Source: Candidatus Latescibacterota bacterium
GTDB lineage: Bacteria; Latescibacterota; UBA2968; GCA-2709665
Length of the DNA: 64,000 nucleotides
Direction: 5' to 3'
NCBI GenBank assembly: GCA_965248435.1
Contig: OZ252100.1
Location: 1,056,001-1,120,000 of the forward strand
The notes beneath the pieces were generated by a model. It saw only the letters and a program-made list of their open reading frames with translations, was not told the origin of the DNA and searched no databases. Position numbers and translations under genes: made by a program. Shown one piece after another: positions 1 to 9,633 of this stretch. Every line of letters begins with the position of its first letter. The stretch's first letter is position 1.

Positions 1-2
1 CC

Positions 3-1334
3 CTGGGCCTCGCCTACTGGATTTTCGACAGGCCGCTGGAGCCCACGATTCGCATGTTGGAAAGAAAGTTTGCGAATCGACCAGTGGTCATCGAAGGCAA
101 CCTCCGAACCTTGAAGGCGGGTTATCACTACGGCGAAACGACCGAGGAGTTCCAGTTCCGCTACCGCATCCCGAAGGCCCCGGTCCTGCCTGGCACCTAT
201 CGCGCGATTACGGGCGCACAGGCGACAGCCCTGGGAATGGTCACCGTGGCCAAGAAGGCCGGAAAGACGCTCTTTTACGGAAGCTATCCAATCACACCCG
301 CAAGCGCGATCCTGGAGGAACTTGCTGGTCTGAAGAACTTCGGGGTCCGGACCTTTCAGGCTGAGGATGAGATCGCTGCCATCGGGTCGGTCATTGGAGC
401 GGCCTTCGGCGGAGCCCTTGCGGCAAGCGGCACGAGCGGGCCCGGCATCGCGCTCAAGAGCGAGGCGATCAACCTCGCCGTGGTCCTGGAACTCCCCCTC
501 GTGATCGCCAACTTCCAGCGGGGGGGTCCAAGCACCGGTCTACCGACGAAAACGGAGCAGTCCGACCTGCTCCAGGTCCTCTTCGGCCGGAACGGCGAGA
601 GTCCGATCCCTGTCGTGGCGGCCGCGACGCCCGCGGACTGTTTCAAGATGATCATCGAGGCCTTTCGAATCGCGGTAGAGAGCATGACCCCCGTGATTTT
701 CATGTCCGACGGCTATCTCGTCAGCAGCTCTGAGCCCTGGAAGATACCCGACCCGGCGGAGATCAAGCCGATCGAGGTCCATCACCGCACCGATCCTGAG
801 GGGTTTGAGCCATACCTTCGGAATCCCGAAACGTTGAGTCGCCCGTGGGTCATGCCGGGAACGCCCGGAATGGAACATCGGATCGGGGGCCTGGGCAAAC
901 AGGACGTCACCGGAGACGTTTCTTACGATCCGGACGATCACGAACACATCGTCAAGATCAGGGCGGAGAAAGTAGCTCGTATCGCCGAAAGGATTCCTCT
1001 TCAGGAAGTGCTTGGACCGGATCACGGGGAGCTTCTGGTCGTCGGATGGGGCAGCACCTTTGGGGCGATCCGGTCTGCCGTGCGAAAGGCCCAGGCCGAC
1101 GGTAAATCTGTCGCGAGCGCTCACCTTAGGTACCTGAATCCGTTTCCGAAGAATCTGGAGGATGTCCTCTCCAGTTACGAGAAGATCCTGGTTCCCGAAA
1201 TGAATCTGGGCCAGCTTTCCCTGCTCCTCAATGCCCGTTTTCCGATCCGGGTCAGCCCTTATTCCAAGGTGAGGGGCCAGCCATTCAAAATATCTGAAAT
1301 TACAAACAAGATCGACGAACTCCTGAAAAGCTGA
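3..1334 (+). CDS. korA: 2-oxoacid:ferredoxin oxidoreductase alpha subunit (5'-truncated by window edge)
   Basis: Frame open from position 3 (LGLAYWIFDRP...); motifs YPITPAS, QAEDEIAA, SGPGIALKSE, QRGGPSTGLPTK, VGWGST; directly followed by the beta subunit. Confidence 0.93.
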   Translation: MGLAYWIFDRPLEPTIRMLERKFANRPVVIEGNLRTLKAGYHYGETTEEFQFRYRIPKAPVLPGTYRAITGAQATALGMVTVAKKAGKTLFYGSYPITPASAILEELAGLKNFGVRTFQAEDEIAAIGSVIGAAFGGALAASGTSGPGIALKSEAINLAVVLELPLVIANFQRGGPSTGLPTKTEQSDLLQVLFGRNGESPIPVVAAATPADCFKMIIEAFRIAVESMTPVIFMSDGYLVSSSEPWKIPDPAEIKPIEVHHRTDPEGFEPYLRNPETLSRPWVMPGTPGMEHRIGGLGKQDVTGDVSYDPDDHEHIVKIRAEKVARIAERIPLQEVLGPDHGELLVVGWGSTFGAIRSAVRKAQADGKSVASAHLRYLNPFPKNLEDVLSSYEKILVPEMNLGQLSLLLNARFPIRVSPYSKVRGQPFKISEITNKIDELLKS

Positions 1335-1372
1335 AGGGGTCGAATCAAACGTCACAGGTCGAGGATCAAGCT

Positions 1373-2407
1373 ATGGCAGAAGCGTTGGCACTCGAAACGC
1401 CATTAACCAGAAAAGATTTTGTATCGGACCAGGAAGTCCGTTGGTGCCCGGGATGCGGCGATTACGCGATCCTGGCCCAGATGCAGCGAGTTTTGCCCGA
1501 ACTCGGAATTCCGAAAGAGAAGATCGTCTTCATCTCCGGGATCGGGTGCTCCAGTCGCTTCCCTTACTACATGGACACTTATGGGATTCACTCCATCCAC
1601 GGCCGCGCGCCGACATTCGCCACCGGTTTGAAAGTCGTCAATCCCGACCTGAGCGTCTGGGTGGTCACGGGGGATGGGGACGGCCTCTCGATCGGAGGCA
1701 ACCACTTACTTCACTGCTTGCGCAGGAATGTAGACATAAACATCCTGCTATTCAATAACCGCGTCTATGGACTCACGAAGGGCCAGTATTCGCCGACTTC
1801 CCTTCCGGGCCACCGCACCAAATCCTCACCCATGGGATCTGTCGAACAGTCGTTCAACCCGACTTCCGTGGCCATAGGCGCGGAGGCGACCTTCGTGGCT
1901 CGCACGGTGGACAGGAACACGAAGCATCTCGCCGAGGTGATTCATCGAGCGGCGGAACACAAAGGCACCTCCTTCGTCGAAATCTACCAGAATTGCAACA
2001 TCTACAATGACGGGGCCTGGTTCCACGTGACCGAGGCGGACGTAAAGGATGACAACACGCTGATCCTCGAACACGGAAAACCAATGATCTTTGGGAAGGA
2101 CAGTGACAAAGGCATTAGACTGAACAATCTGAACCCCGAAGTTGTGAGCCTGGACAGCGGCATTTCTGAAGAAGACCTCCTTGTTCACGACGAAACCGGA
2201 TCACAGCCCGCCCTTGCCTATCTGCTCAGCCGAATGGATCATCCGGAATTCCCCATTCCTCTGGGTGTGATCAGGTGCTTGGAAAAGCCGACTTACGAAA
2301 AACAGCTGATCGTTCAGGAGCAAACTGCCAAAGCTGATAAAGGCGATGGTGACCTGGCTGAGCTCTATCAGGCTGCCGATACCTGGACGATCGCGGGCGA
2401 GTCATAA
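1373..2407 (+). CDS. korB: 2-oxoacid:ferredoxin oxidoreductase beta subunit
   Basis: WCPGCGD, SGIGCSSR, HGRA, TPP-binding GDGDGLSIGGNH...NN, YGLTKGQYSPT; RBS GAGG. Confidence 0.95.
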   Translation: MAEALALETPLTRKDFVSDQEVRWCPGCGDYAILAQMQRVLPELGIPKEKIVFISGIGCSSRFPYYMDTYGIHSIHGRAPTFATGLKVVNPDLSVWVVTGDGDGLSIGGNHLLHCLRRNVDINILLFNNRVYGLTKGQYSPTSLPGHRTKSSPMGSVEQSFNPTSVAIGAEATFVARTVDRNTKHLAEVIHRAAEHKGTSFVEIYQNCNIYNDGAWFHVTEADVKDDNTLILEHGKPMIFGKDSDKGIRLNNLNPEVVSLDSGISEEDLLVHDETGSQPALAYLLSRMDHPEFPIPLGVIRCLEKPTYEKQLIVQEQTAKADKGDGDLAELYQAADTWTIAGES

Positions 2408-2419
2408 GAGGGCTATGTC

Positions 2420-2944
2420 ATGGAGTGCCCAGCCTGCGGCCACGAAAACATCCCCGGTACGGACATTTGTGACGGATGTGGTGTCAGTTTGACTCAGGAG
2501 GATTTACCGGCCGCATCCACCGATGCACATCACATGACAGATCCGATTTCTGTGCTCGATCCATTACTCCCTGAATGTCTATCCGCTGATGACTCGATTG
2601 AAGAGGCCATCTCCCGCATGCGTGAGAAAAGTGTCGGTTGTGTCCTCGTCACAGACGAGGAAGGCAAACTCATCGGCGTTTTTACCGAACGCGACCTACT
2701 CTACAGGGTGGCCGGACAAATCCAGGACCTTTCGGGGACGTCTGTCGGAAGCGTGATGACCTCCGAGCCGACGGCCCTGAGGCGGTCCACCCCGATCGCC
2801 CACGCACTGCATCTGATGTCGATCCACGGATTCCGCCATATCCCTCTGGTGAACAGACAGGGCCATCCCACCGGGTTGACCTCGTTCAGGAGGGTCGTTG
2901 AATTCATCGGGGCCAACTTTTTCTCCACACCCACAGCGCCCTGA
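2420..2944 (+). CDS. Zinc-ribbon + CBS-pair protein
   Basis: N-terminal CPACG...CDGCG; CBS motifs GKLIGVFTERDL and GFRHIPLV; 12 nt downstream of korB. Confidence 0.85.
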   Translation: MECPACGHENIPGTDICDGCGVSLTQEDLPAASTDAHHMTDPISVLDPLLPECLSADDSIEEAISRMREKSVGCVLVTDEEGKLIGVFTERDLLYRVAGQIQDLSGTSVGSVMTSEPTALRRSTPIAHALHLMSIHGFRHIPLVNRQGHPTGLTSFRRVVEFIGANFFSTPTAP

Positions 2945-2969
2945 AGACTCCACAACTTTCTCTTAATGT

Positions 2970-3011
2970 AACAAGGTCCATCGATTTTCTCATCGATGGA
3001 CCTTGTTTTTT
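2970..3011 (+). terminator. Rho-independent terminator of the korAB-CBS operon
   Basis: Perfect stem ACAAGGTCCATCGAT / ATCGATGGACCTTGT followed by a T-run. Confidence 0.85.
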
Positions 3012-3144
3012 GAGCGAAGGTTGGCAGATATTCTAATCGAGCGGGATGACTCAGGGTAGGTCTGCTCTCAAGTTTCGCACCACGGCTCCCGTTAAGACAC
3101 ATCCTTGAGTCGGAGCGACTGGCTGAGTTTGTTTCAGCGCTAAC

Positions 3145-3600
3145 TCACGGGCGCTTGAAGGTAATGGACGCCAGGAGGCGTGGATCGAAGCGACCCACCC
3201 CCTCCTCCCCCAATCGCTCAGCCTCCTCGAGCCCCTGCCGGATCGCCTCTTTCAGTGCGGCGACGTCGACGCCCAGAAACCAGTCCGAAAAGGGACTCAG
3301 CTTGAAGGCCGCGTTGTTCAGGTGCTTGACAATGCCGTGGTAGATCCCCCGTTCGCGCTGGTGATATGCGGCCGCAAGTTGGATCAGGCCCTGGAAGAAG
3401 ATCCGGCTTGGCTCCAGATGCCTTCGCCAGACGAACTCCCACGCCTCGTGGCTCTCCCAGTACCGACTGCGGTTGAAAAGCGCTACGCCACGCTTGAAAT
3501 CCTCCCAGTCCGCTTCGGACATCTCCGGCTCGACAGCATCCTCCGGCCTGACCTGGTAGGCAGGCTTGACACGCGCCGCTTTCCAATCCGCATTGCTCAC
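3145..3600 (-). CDS. DUF309 family protein
   Basis: GVALFN...YWESHEAWE...W...FQGLIQLAAAYH signature. Confidence 0.88.
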   Translation of the reverse strand: MSNADWKAARVKPAYQVRPEDAVEPEMSEADWEDFKRGVALFNRSRYWESHEAWEFVWRRHLEPSRIFFQGLIQLAAAYHQRERGIYHGIVKHLNNAAFKLSPFSDWFLGVDVAALKEAIRQGLEEAERLGEEGVGRFDPRLLASITFKRP

Positions 3601-4361
3601 GTCCGTGTTCCCTCAACTGTCTCCCCTCGGATGCAGTGGGCTCTGATGATCGTCTCGACGGCAATCAGGTGTGCCTGGACGCGCCGCTCCGTGGACTCAG
3701 CGGTCGGCGTCTCGGACGTAATCATGTGATCGGTTATCCTGCGCTGGAACAGTGCGATCGGAATCCCTTCACCCCTCCGACGCTTTTCAGCCTCGAGGTC
3801 AGGGAATATCACCCCGTCTTTCGCCTCTTCGTTCTCGATCTTTGTGCTTAGATTCAGTGGGCAAACGTCCGAAACCTTGCGCGTGACCTCCCGGCCGATT
3901 GGCGACCTCCCCCTCACCTGTTCATACAGGTAGTATCCCGGGCTCTCCCAGTCCTCGTGAAGATCGATCACTGCCTCGAACCTCCGTCCCTCGACAAATT
4001 TTCGGATAACGCCGATCTCCTCCACATCATCGCGCAGAAAGGCCCAGTTGATGTCGACACCTTTCCGATTCGGGCGTGTGTTGTGCACATACCCGTATGG
4101 ATTCAGACAGGGAATCACATGAAACTGAAAATAAGTCAGCCACTTCGTCTGATCCCGTTCCAGAAAAGCGAGCGCCGCTTCGACGCCCGCAGGTTCGTCT
4201 CCGTGCGTTCCCCCATTCACGAAGACCGTTGGAAGGGACGCACTCCGGGACTGCTCGATTCCAAGAACAGGATACCCCTCCACCTCCCCCAGGACAGTTA
4301 CCTCGTGGGACGCCTTTGGTAGACGCTTTACGCGATTCACGAAATCGCAATAATCCCGCAC
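3597..4361 (-). CDS. M14 family zinc carboxypeptidase (ASTE/aspartoacylase-like)
   Basis: HGDEPAG, NPYG...R.N..VDIN and DLHED motifs; 4-nt overlap with the DUF309 gene. Confidence 0.82.
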   Translation of the reverse strand: MRDYCDFVNRVKRLPKASHEVTVLGEVEGYPVLGIEQSRSASLPTVFVNGGTHGDEPAGVEAALAFLERDQTKWLTYFQFHVIPCLNPYGYVHNTRPNRKGVDINWAFLRDDVEEIGVIRKFVEGRRFEAVIDLHEDWESPGYYLYEQVRGRSPIGREVTRKVSDVCPLNLSTKIENEEAKDGVIFPDLEAEKRRRGEGIPIALFQRRITDHMITSETPTAESTERRVQAHLIAVETIIRAHCIRGETVEGTRT

Positions 4362-4364
4362 TGC

Positions 4365-5357
4365 CTAGCCTTCTTCTTCCACGACCACAGTCTTGGAGAG
4401 CGCCTCGATCACCGCATCGTGAACATGTCCATTGCTTACGACCACGCCCCGGTTGCCTTCCATCCGAACACTTGATCCGAAATCAAGCGGTCTGCAGAAC
4501 ATATCTGTGACTTTCCCCCCCGCCGCCTCAACAACGAGCGATCCCGCCGCGTGGTCCCAAACCTTCTCACGATAATCCGGCTGTTTGGGAGAAGGCATGC
4601 GAAGATAGAGCACCGCCTCCCCACTGGCCACGGCTCCGTATTTCGCCTGGCTGTCCATTCGGAGCGACGGTTCTTGGAGACCGATCGCGCCGGCAATCTG
4701 TTGGTGAAGTTCGCTGTTGCCGTGAGAAGACTCCACGCTCTCGAGCATGCGCCAGCTGGGTCCCCCCCGTTCCTTTGCCACCTGAATGTGCACGCGGCCC
4801 CCGCCACGTATTGGAACCCTCTCCGCCGGCCTGTCGCGCTGCGCGACGAAGAGGACCCCGGGTTCAGCGTCAGGCCGATACGACAGTGCAGGACATCCCA
4901 ACACACCCAGTTTCACCTCTCCGTCCTCTACGAGAGCAAGGGCCACCGCGTACTGATCGTTCCTCAAGAACCCCTTCGTGCCGTCGATGGGGTCCAGGGT
5001 CCAGAATCGGTCTGCCATCTCACCGTTCCCCGCATCAATCCAGTCGCTCACGGCCTCCGCGTCGGCGTGGGGCTGGGACCGCTGGACGTAACCCACGATG
5101 CGATTCAGCATGCCCTCGTTCTCCGGGCTCCGCAGAGCCCCGGCGTCCTCTTCCGCAACCACTGGATCTCTACTGAAGGCCATCTGCAGTCGACGGCAGA
5201 TCAGGGCCTGAGACCCGAAATCGGCAAGGGTGACGGGGCTCCTGTCCTCCTTCTCCAGGGTAGACGGATCCAGTAGTTCCTTTCGCACGGCGGTGCAAAG
5301 GCCCACAGCCTCCATTACGGCCGCCACCGCCTCTTCTTCCTCGCGTTTATACTTCAC
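4365..5357 (-). CDS. 3'(2'),5'-bisphosphate nucleotidase, HAL2/Met22-like (inositol monophosphatase superfamily)
   Basis: SPVTLADFGSQA, AEED, WTLDPIDGTKGFLR, DSQAKY, EKVWDHAAG. Confidence 0.9.
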   Translation of the reverse strand: MKYKREEEEAVAAVMEAVGLCTAVRKELLDPSTLEKEDRSPVTLADFGSQALICRRLQMAFSRDPVVAEEDAGALRSPENEGMLNRIVGYVQRSQPHADAEAVSDWIDAGNGEMADRFWTLDPIDGTKGFLRNDQYAVALALVEDGEVKLGVLGCPALSYRPDAEPGVLFVAQRDRPAERVPIRGGGRVHIQVAKERGGPSWRMLESVESSHGNSELHQQIAGAIGLQEPSLRMDSQAKYGAVASGEAVLYLRMPSPKQPDYREKVWDHAAGSLVVEAAGGKVTDMFCRPLDFGSSVRMEGNRGVVVSNGHVHDAVIEALSKTVVVEEEG

Positions 5358-5373
5358 GAATTATGTCTGCTCC

Positions 5374-6273
5374 TCAGTTCGTCTGATCGACCTTGACGCG
5401 ATCCAGCCAGCTGGGCAGCGCAATCTTCTCGGAAATCTTCCACGCAGTCAGATAGAGCGCGGCGGTAAAACGAGTCGCCTCCCTTCCGCGTTCGATCGCA
5501 AACTTTTCGACGGAAGTCACGGGCGTCCATTTCTCCCCTTCCAAATCCGGGAGGTCTGGCCCCAGCTCGTAAACAAGATCGATCAGTTCACGGCCCGCAT
5601 CGATTTGATCGAAGATGGCCTCCATCAGATCGTCATACGGTTTGACCTTCTGTCCCCGCGCCATAACCTCTGGCGTAAGCTTGAGGTACTGGATCAATCC
5701 GTCCACCTGTTGGTGAATCCCCGTCCCAGACGAAGAGCCGTCCGGATTCACTCGCCCGTTGTAGTGAATCGTCAGATGAAGGGGCTGGCACATGTCCTGT
5801 GCGTAGTGCGCGATGAATCCAGCGTAGACCAGACATTTGTCCTGGATGAAGGGGCTTGATGGCCATTTGCGATGCTCCGCAAAGGCCACGGCCAGTCGGT
5901 GGGTCCACTCGGACAGCGCGTAGGGCAAGAAGCCCACTTTTTCGGGCCTGACCCCGAGCTTCGCGCACAACGGAATGTATTCGTATCGATACTTCGGCAG
6001 GGCGCTTCCCTTCAAATACTCGAGGTCGATAAAATGTTCGGGGTACTCGGCCTTTCGGACGAAGGGTGCCCCCTTGTTCTTCGAGACATCTGGATCGAGC
6101 GCATAGTGGCCAATCGCGGTTTCTCCCGCGCGAAAGAACGCAGGAACCTCCTCCGGAAGCGCGTTCACTGCTGCCCGGGTGAGCAAGCCGTGACCTTTGG
6201 GCCACCAGGCCTCACCACGCGACCCGAACAGGAGGATTGTACAGGTAAGGGTCAAACAGAGCCGTTTCATCAT
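5374..6273 (-). CDS. Secreted S1/P1 nuclease / zinc-dependent phospholipase C superfamily protein
   Basis: Signal peptide ending GEA then WWPKGH; PD, HFID, AHYAQDMCQPLH and IH zinc ligands. Confidence 0.8.
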   Translation of the reverse strand: MMKRLCLTLTCTILLFGSRGEAWWPKGHGLLTRAAVNALPEEVPAFFRAGETAIGHYALDPDVSKNKGAPFVRKAEYPEHFIDLEYLKGSALPKYRYEYIPLCAKLGVRPEKVGFLPYALSEWTHRLAVAFAEHRKWPSSPFIQDKCLVYAGFIAHYAQDMCQPLHLTIHYNGRVNPDGSSSGTGIHQQVDGLIQYLKLTPEVMARGQKVKPYDDLMEAIFDQIDAGRELIDLVYELGPDLPDLEGEKWTPVTSVEKFAIERGREATRFTAALYLTAWKISEKIALPSWLDRVKVDQTN

Positions 6274-6482
6274 TCTCCTTGACGCAAAGCCGTCAATCCT
6301 GCATGCTTAACCTAGACTTTTGCAAAACCGATTGCTGAATCTGCCATTCATCGGCCAGCAGCGTAGAGTCGCGAGCGGCTTCTCTGAGGGGAGTGTACGC
6401 TGCTTGTGTCTTCTCGCCTGTCGGCCGATGTTCCTTTTTAGCGCCTCCGAACCGGTGGCGCTTTTTCGTTGACGCCGGAGAC

Positions 6483-6580
6483 TGGCGGGAATGTGTGGGA
6501 ATCGAACCCACCCAGTGTGTGATTAGCACACCGCAACGGGTTTGAAGCCCGCGAGGGCCACCAGTGCCCCATCCATTCCC
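6483..6580 (-). tRNA. selC: tRNA-Sec (UCA)
   Basis: GGGAATGG...GCGGGCTTCAAACCCGT (anticodon TCA), long variable arm, GGTTCGATTCC T-loop, GCCA end; 98 nt; directly downstream of selD. Confidence 0.96.
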
Positions 6581-6599
6581 GCTCCTCTCGGCAACCCGC

Positions 6600-7652
6600 T
6601 CAGACTGTAACCTCAACTCGCCCAGGATGTTCGCCGAGCACCTCCCCAATCATAGCTGCGGTGAGGCCCTTTTCGACCAGGTTCTCCACGAGGCTGTCCG
6701 CCACCTCCGACGCCACGGAGACCAAAAGGCCTCCTGAGGTTTGTGGATCATACAGGAGGCGCATCCACGCTTCGGGAACGTCACCGGAAATGCGCACGGA
6801 GGACTCGAACTGGGCGCGATTCCTCATCATCCCGCCTCCGGTCCTTCGTTCCGCAAGCTTGAGAGCCAAATCGAAGTGGGGGATGCTCGAAGTCCGCAAC
6901 CGAAGGCACACGCCACTTTCGGTCGCCATTCTGAGCGCGTGCCCAAGCAGTCCGAAACCCGTGATATCGGTGCAGGCATGCGCTCCGCAAGCCACCATCT
7001 GCTCAGAAGCCACGTCGTTCAGGCGTGCCATTGAAGCGATGACAGGCCCCATCTCCTCCTCGGAAATCTTATCACCCATGTTGGCATCGGCGGCGAGGCC
7101 GGTTCCCAACGGCTTGCTCAAGACCAGGCGATCCCCAGGCCGGGCACCCGCGTTGGCCACAATCCGGTCGGGATGCACCACACCCGTGACGGACAGGCCG
7201 TACTTCGGTTCAGGATCGTCAACGGTATGGCCGCCAACGAGGACGGCACCCGACTCGCTTACCTTTTCCTGTCCCCCGCGAAGGATCTCCGCGATGGCCG
7301 TGTGCTCGAGCTTATCCTTCGGAAACGCGCAGATGTTGAGCGCCGTGATCGGCCTGCCACCCATCGCGTAGACGTCGCTCAGGGAATTGGCCGCGGAGAT
7401 CTGACCATAGGCAAAAGGATCGTCCACGATCGGCGTAAAAAAGTCCACCGTCTGGATCAGGGCCATCTCTTCCGAAATTCGAAACACACCCGCATCGTCG
7501 GCTGTGTTCACACCAACCAGAAGGTCGGGGTGCTCGATCTTTGGGAGGTCCTTCAAAATCTCATCCAGCACCGCTGGATCTATTTTAGACGCTCAGCCAC
7601 CGCAGCTGACCATCTGGGTCAGCCGTTTGGCCCTGTTTCGCCATTTCATCAT
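6600..7652 (-). CDS. selD: Selenide, water dikinase (selenophosphate synthetase), Sec-containing; TGA at 7593-7595 read as Sec
   Basis: Frame extends upstream through TGA: MMKWRNRAKRLTQMVSCGG-U-ASKIDPAVLDE; AAGGGG RBS; DDAGV, TVDFFTP, NSLSDVYAMGG, GGHT, TDITGFGLLGH, DPQTSGGLL. Confidence 0.94.
7563..7579 (-). promoter_or_regulatory. Putative bacterial SECIS hairpin in selD
   Basis: ATCCAGC-GGT-GCTGGAT, 7-bp stem with G-containing loop, loop 20 nt 3' of the in-frame TGA. Confidence 0.7.
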
Positions 7653-7722
7653 TACCCCTTGTTATTTACCGGCTTCGCTGTCGCCCGTTCAAGAAAAGTG
7701 TAAGCATCTCTGATCCCTCACC

Positions 7723-9633
7723 CTAAAGGCCGTTGGAGTTGCGGAGAACCCGCACATCCCCCCTACGCAGCGTCACGCCGTGACTGTCAAAATAGTTGAG
7801 CAGTGGAACCGCATACTTTCGTGTCGTCCCCACGAGATCTCGAAATGTCGACACCTCGATCTCCCCCTGGTCCTTGAGGTAATCAACACACTTCCTCTTC
7901 ACCTCCCCCAGCATTTCAGTTGAAAAGAGCAGCGTCCCTTCAAGCAGGACCAACTCTCCCATCGCCTGCATCGCTTCCACGACTCTCCGAACAGAATCGG
8001 GATCGCTTCCAATCTCCTCCGAAAGCTCCCTCAGGTCCGGGGGCCTCGCGCCTCCCTCATGCAGCCGCTTCAGGATCGATCCTCGCAGGCCATCCTGATC
8101 GGACGACAGTTTGATCTGGTGATCAGTCAGGCTGAGCAGAGGGCCGTCTGCCCTGATGACTTCCTTTCGAATCAAGGATTCGACACCGTAATCGTAAAGC
8201 GTTGAGGAATACGCTCCCTTCACTCGGAGTCGAAGTTCCTCGCGCTTGATACCGGGTCTCAGAGGTTCCGACTGGTGAAAATCGGCCAGTGCTTCTTGAA
8301 TCCGATCGAGGAACTCAGCATAGGCATCTGCGTGCAGGTAGTATGTGCAACCCGAATGTCGAAAGGACGCGACACGTCTATGGCTCACGAGTTTCTGCAG
8401 GTGTGTTTCTATTTCACTCAACCCGAGCCCCATTTCCAACGCGAGTGTTTCCGGAGCTTTGGGCTCGAAATCCGCCGCTTTCAAGCGGACTTCGATTACG
8501 TGGGCCGGCTCCTTCTCACCCAATCCCTGAAGGGTCTGGATGACCTGGGCGTTGAACCGTTTGTGCTTGACCGGTTTCGGATCCAGCACCACTCCGCCGC
8601 CTATCGTTAAAACAGGGGAGTATCGCCGGATGACGAATCGATCGCCCGGAGAAGCAACCCCTGGTGACTCGAGGCGAAACTGTACAAACTGCTCACAGCC
8701 CGGCTGTAGTTCCTCCCCCTCAAGCAGAATAGCTCGCGCCAGCACTTCTCTCGGTCCCAGGTGAAGGCGCACCCGAGACCTGTCCTTCAAGGCTGCAGGT
8801 GCATGCCGTAGCAGTTGCAGTCTCGTGTCTATCATGTAGGTCTTGGTAAACTGGCCCGGTTGCGTCAACACGTCGCCTCTGTTTATCTCTTCCAGCTCCA
8901 CTCCGCCAAGGTTCACGGCGGCCCTCTGCCCGATCCTGGCACCGTCTACATCATTCCCGTGGACCTGAAGGCCGCGGATCCGGGCCTGCCTCCCCGATGG
9001 CAGGATGACAACCTCGTCTTTCGGCTTCAGTACCCCTGACAGGACCGTCCCAGTCACGACGGTCCCGAACCCCCTGACAGAGAAGGCTCGATCCACCGGC
9101 AGGCGGAAGATCCCTCGGTCTGGTCTTTCAGACACTTCCGAGATCTCTTTCTCCAGGAGCTCTCGGAGCGTTTCGATCCCCTCTCTCGTCGTAGAGGATA
9201 CGGGCACGATGGGCGCCTCCTCAAGAAACGTACCGCTGACGAGAGAACGAAGGTCATCGGTAACCAGGTCAACCCACTCCCGGTCGACGAGGTCGATCTT
9301 GGTCAATGCGATAATTCCCCGATGAACGCCCAGAAGGTTCAAAATGCCGAGGTGCTCCCGGGTCTGAGGCATCACCCCATCATCCGCGGCGACGACAAAA
9401 AGGGCCAGATCCACAGAACTGACTCCGGTGACCATATTCTTCACGAAGCGCTCGTGACCGGGTACATCGATGATCGTGACCTGATCCTTCCAATAGGCGA
9501 ACCCAATATCGATCGTCATTCCACGGCTGCGTTCCTCGGGAAGCGTATCCGTGTTGATGTCTGTGAGGGCTTCAATCAGCGCGGTCTTGCCGTGGTCGAT
9601 ATGTCCGGCCGTCCCGATGATGACGTGCGTCAT
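7723..9633 (-). CDS. selB: Selenocysteine-specific elongation factor
   Basis: MTHVIIGTAGHIDHGKT, DVPGHERFVKNM, C-terminal winged-helix TTRKYAVPLLNYFD; ATG overlaps the selA stop (TGATG). Confidence 0.96.
   Translation of the reverse strand: MTHVIIGTAGHIDHGKTALIEALTDINTDTLPEERSRGMTIDIGFAYWKDQVTIIDVPGHERFVKNMVTGVSSVDLALFVVAADDGVMPQTREHLGILNLLGVHRGIIALTKIDLVDREWVDLVTDDLRSLVSGTFLEEAPIVPVSSTTREGIETLRELLEKEISEVSERPDRGIFRLPVDRAFSVRGFGTVVTGTVLSGVLKPKDEVVILPSGRQARIRGLQVHGNDVDGARIGQRAAVNLGGVELEEINRGDVLTQPGQFTKTYMIDTRLQLLRHAPAALKDRSRVRLHLGPREVLARAILLEGEELQPGCEQFVQFRLESPGVASPGDRFVIRRYSPVLTIGGGVVLDPKPVKHKRFNAQVIQTLQGLGEKEPAHVIEVRLKAADFEPKAPETLALEMGLGLSEIETHLQKLVSHRRVASFRHSGCTYYLHADAYAEFLDRIQEALADFHQSEPLRPGIKREELRLRVKGAYSSTLYDYGVESLIRKEVIRADGPLLSLTDHQIKLSSDQDGLRGSILKRLHEGGARPPDLRELSEEIGSDPDSVRRVVEAMQAMGELVLLEGTLLFSTEMLGEVKRKCVDYLKDQGEIEVSTFRDLVGTTRKYAVPLLNYFDSHGVTLRRGDVRVLRNSNGL

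Noticed and set aside
3045-3110. GACTCAGGG/CCTTGAGTC stem in the spacer between convergent operons as an ncRNA
   Set aside because: Only one 9-bp stem with weak internal pairing; no convincing promoter or terminator
6245-6310. GACGCAAAGCC resembling a c-di-GMP-I riboswitch core
   Set aside because: No GNRA-capped P2 stem, overlaps the start of an opposite-strand CDS, and no downstream gene on that strand
6483-6580. tRNA-Sec (and tRNA-Thr at 36436) as integration sites of a genomic island
   Set aside because: No integrase, no duplicated tRNA 3' end noticed, and no compositional shift in flanking genes
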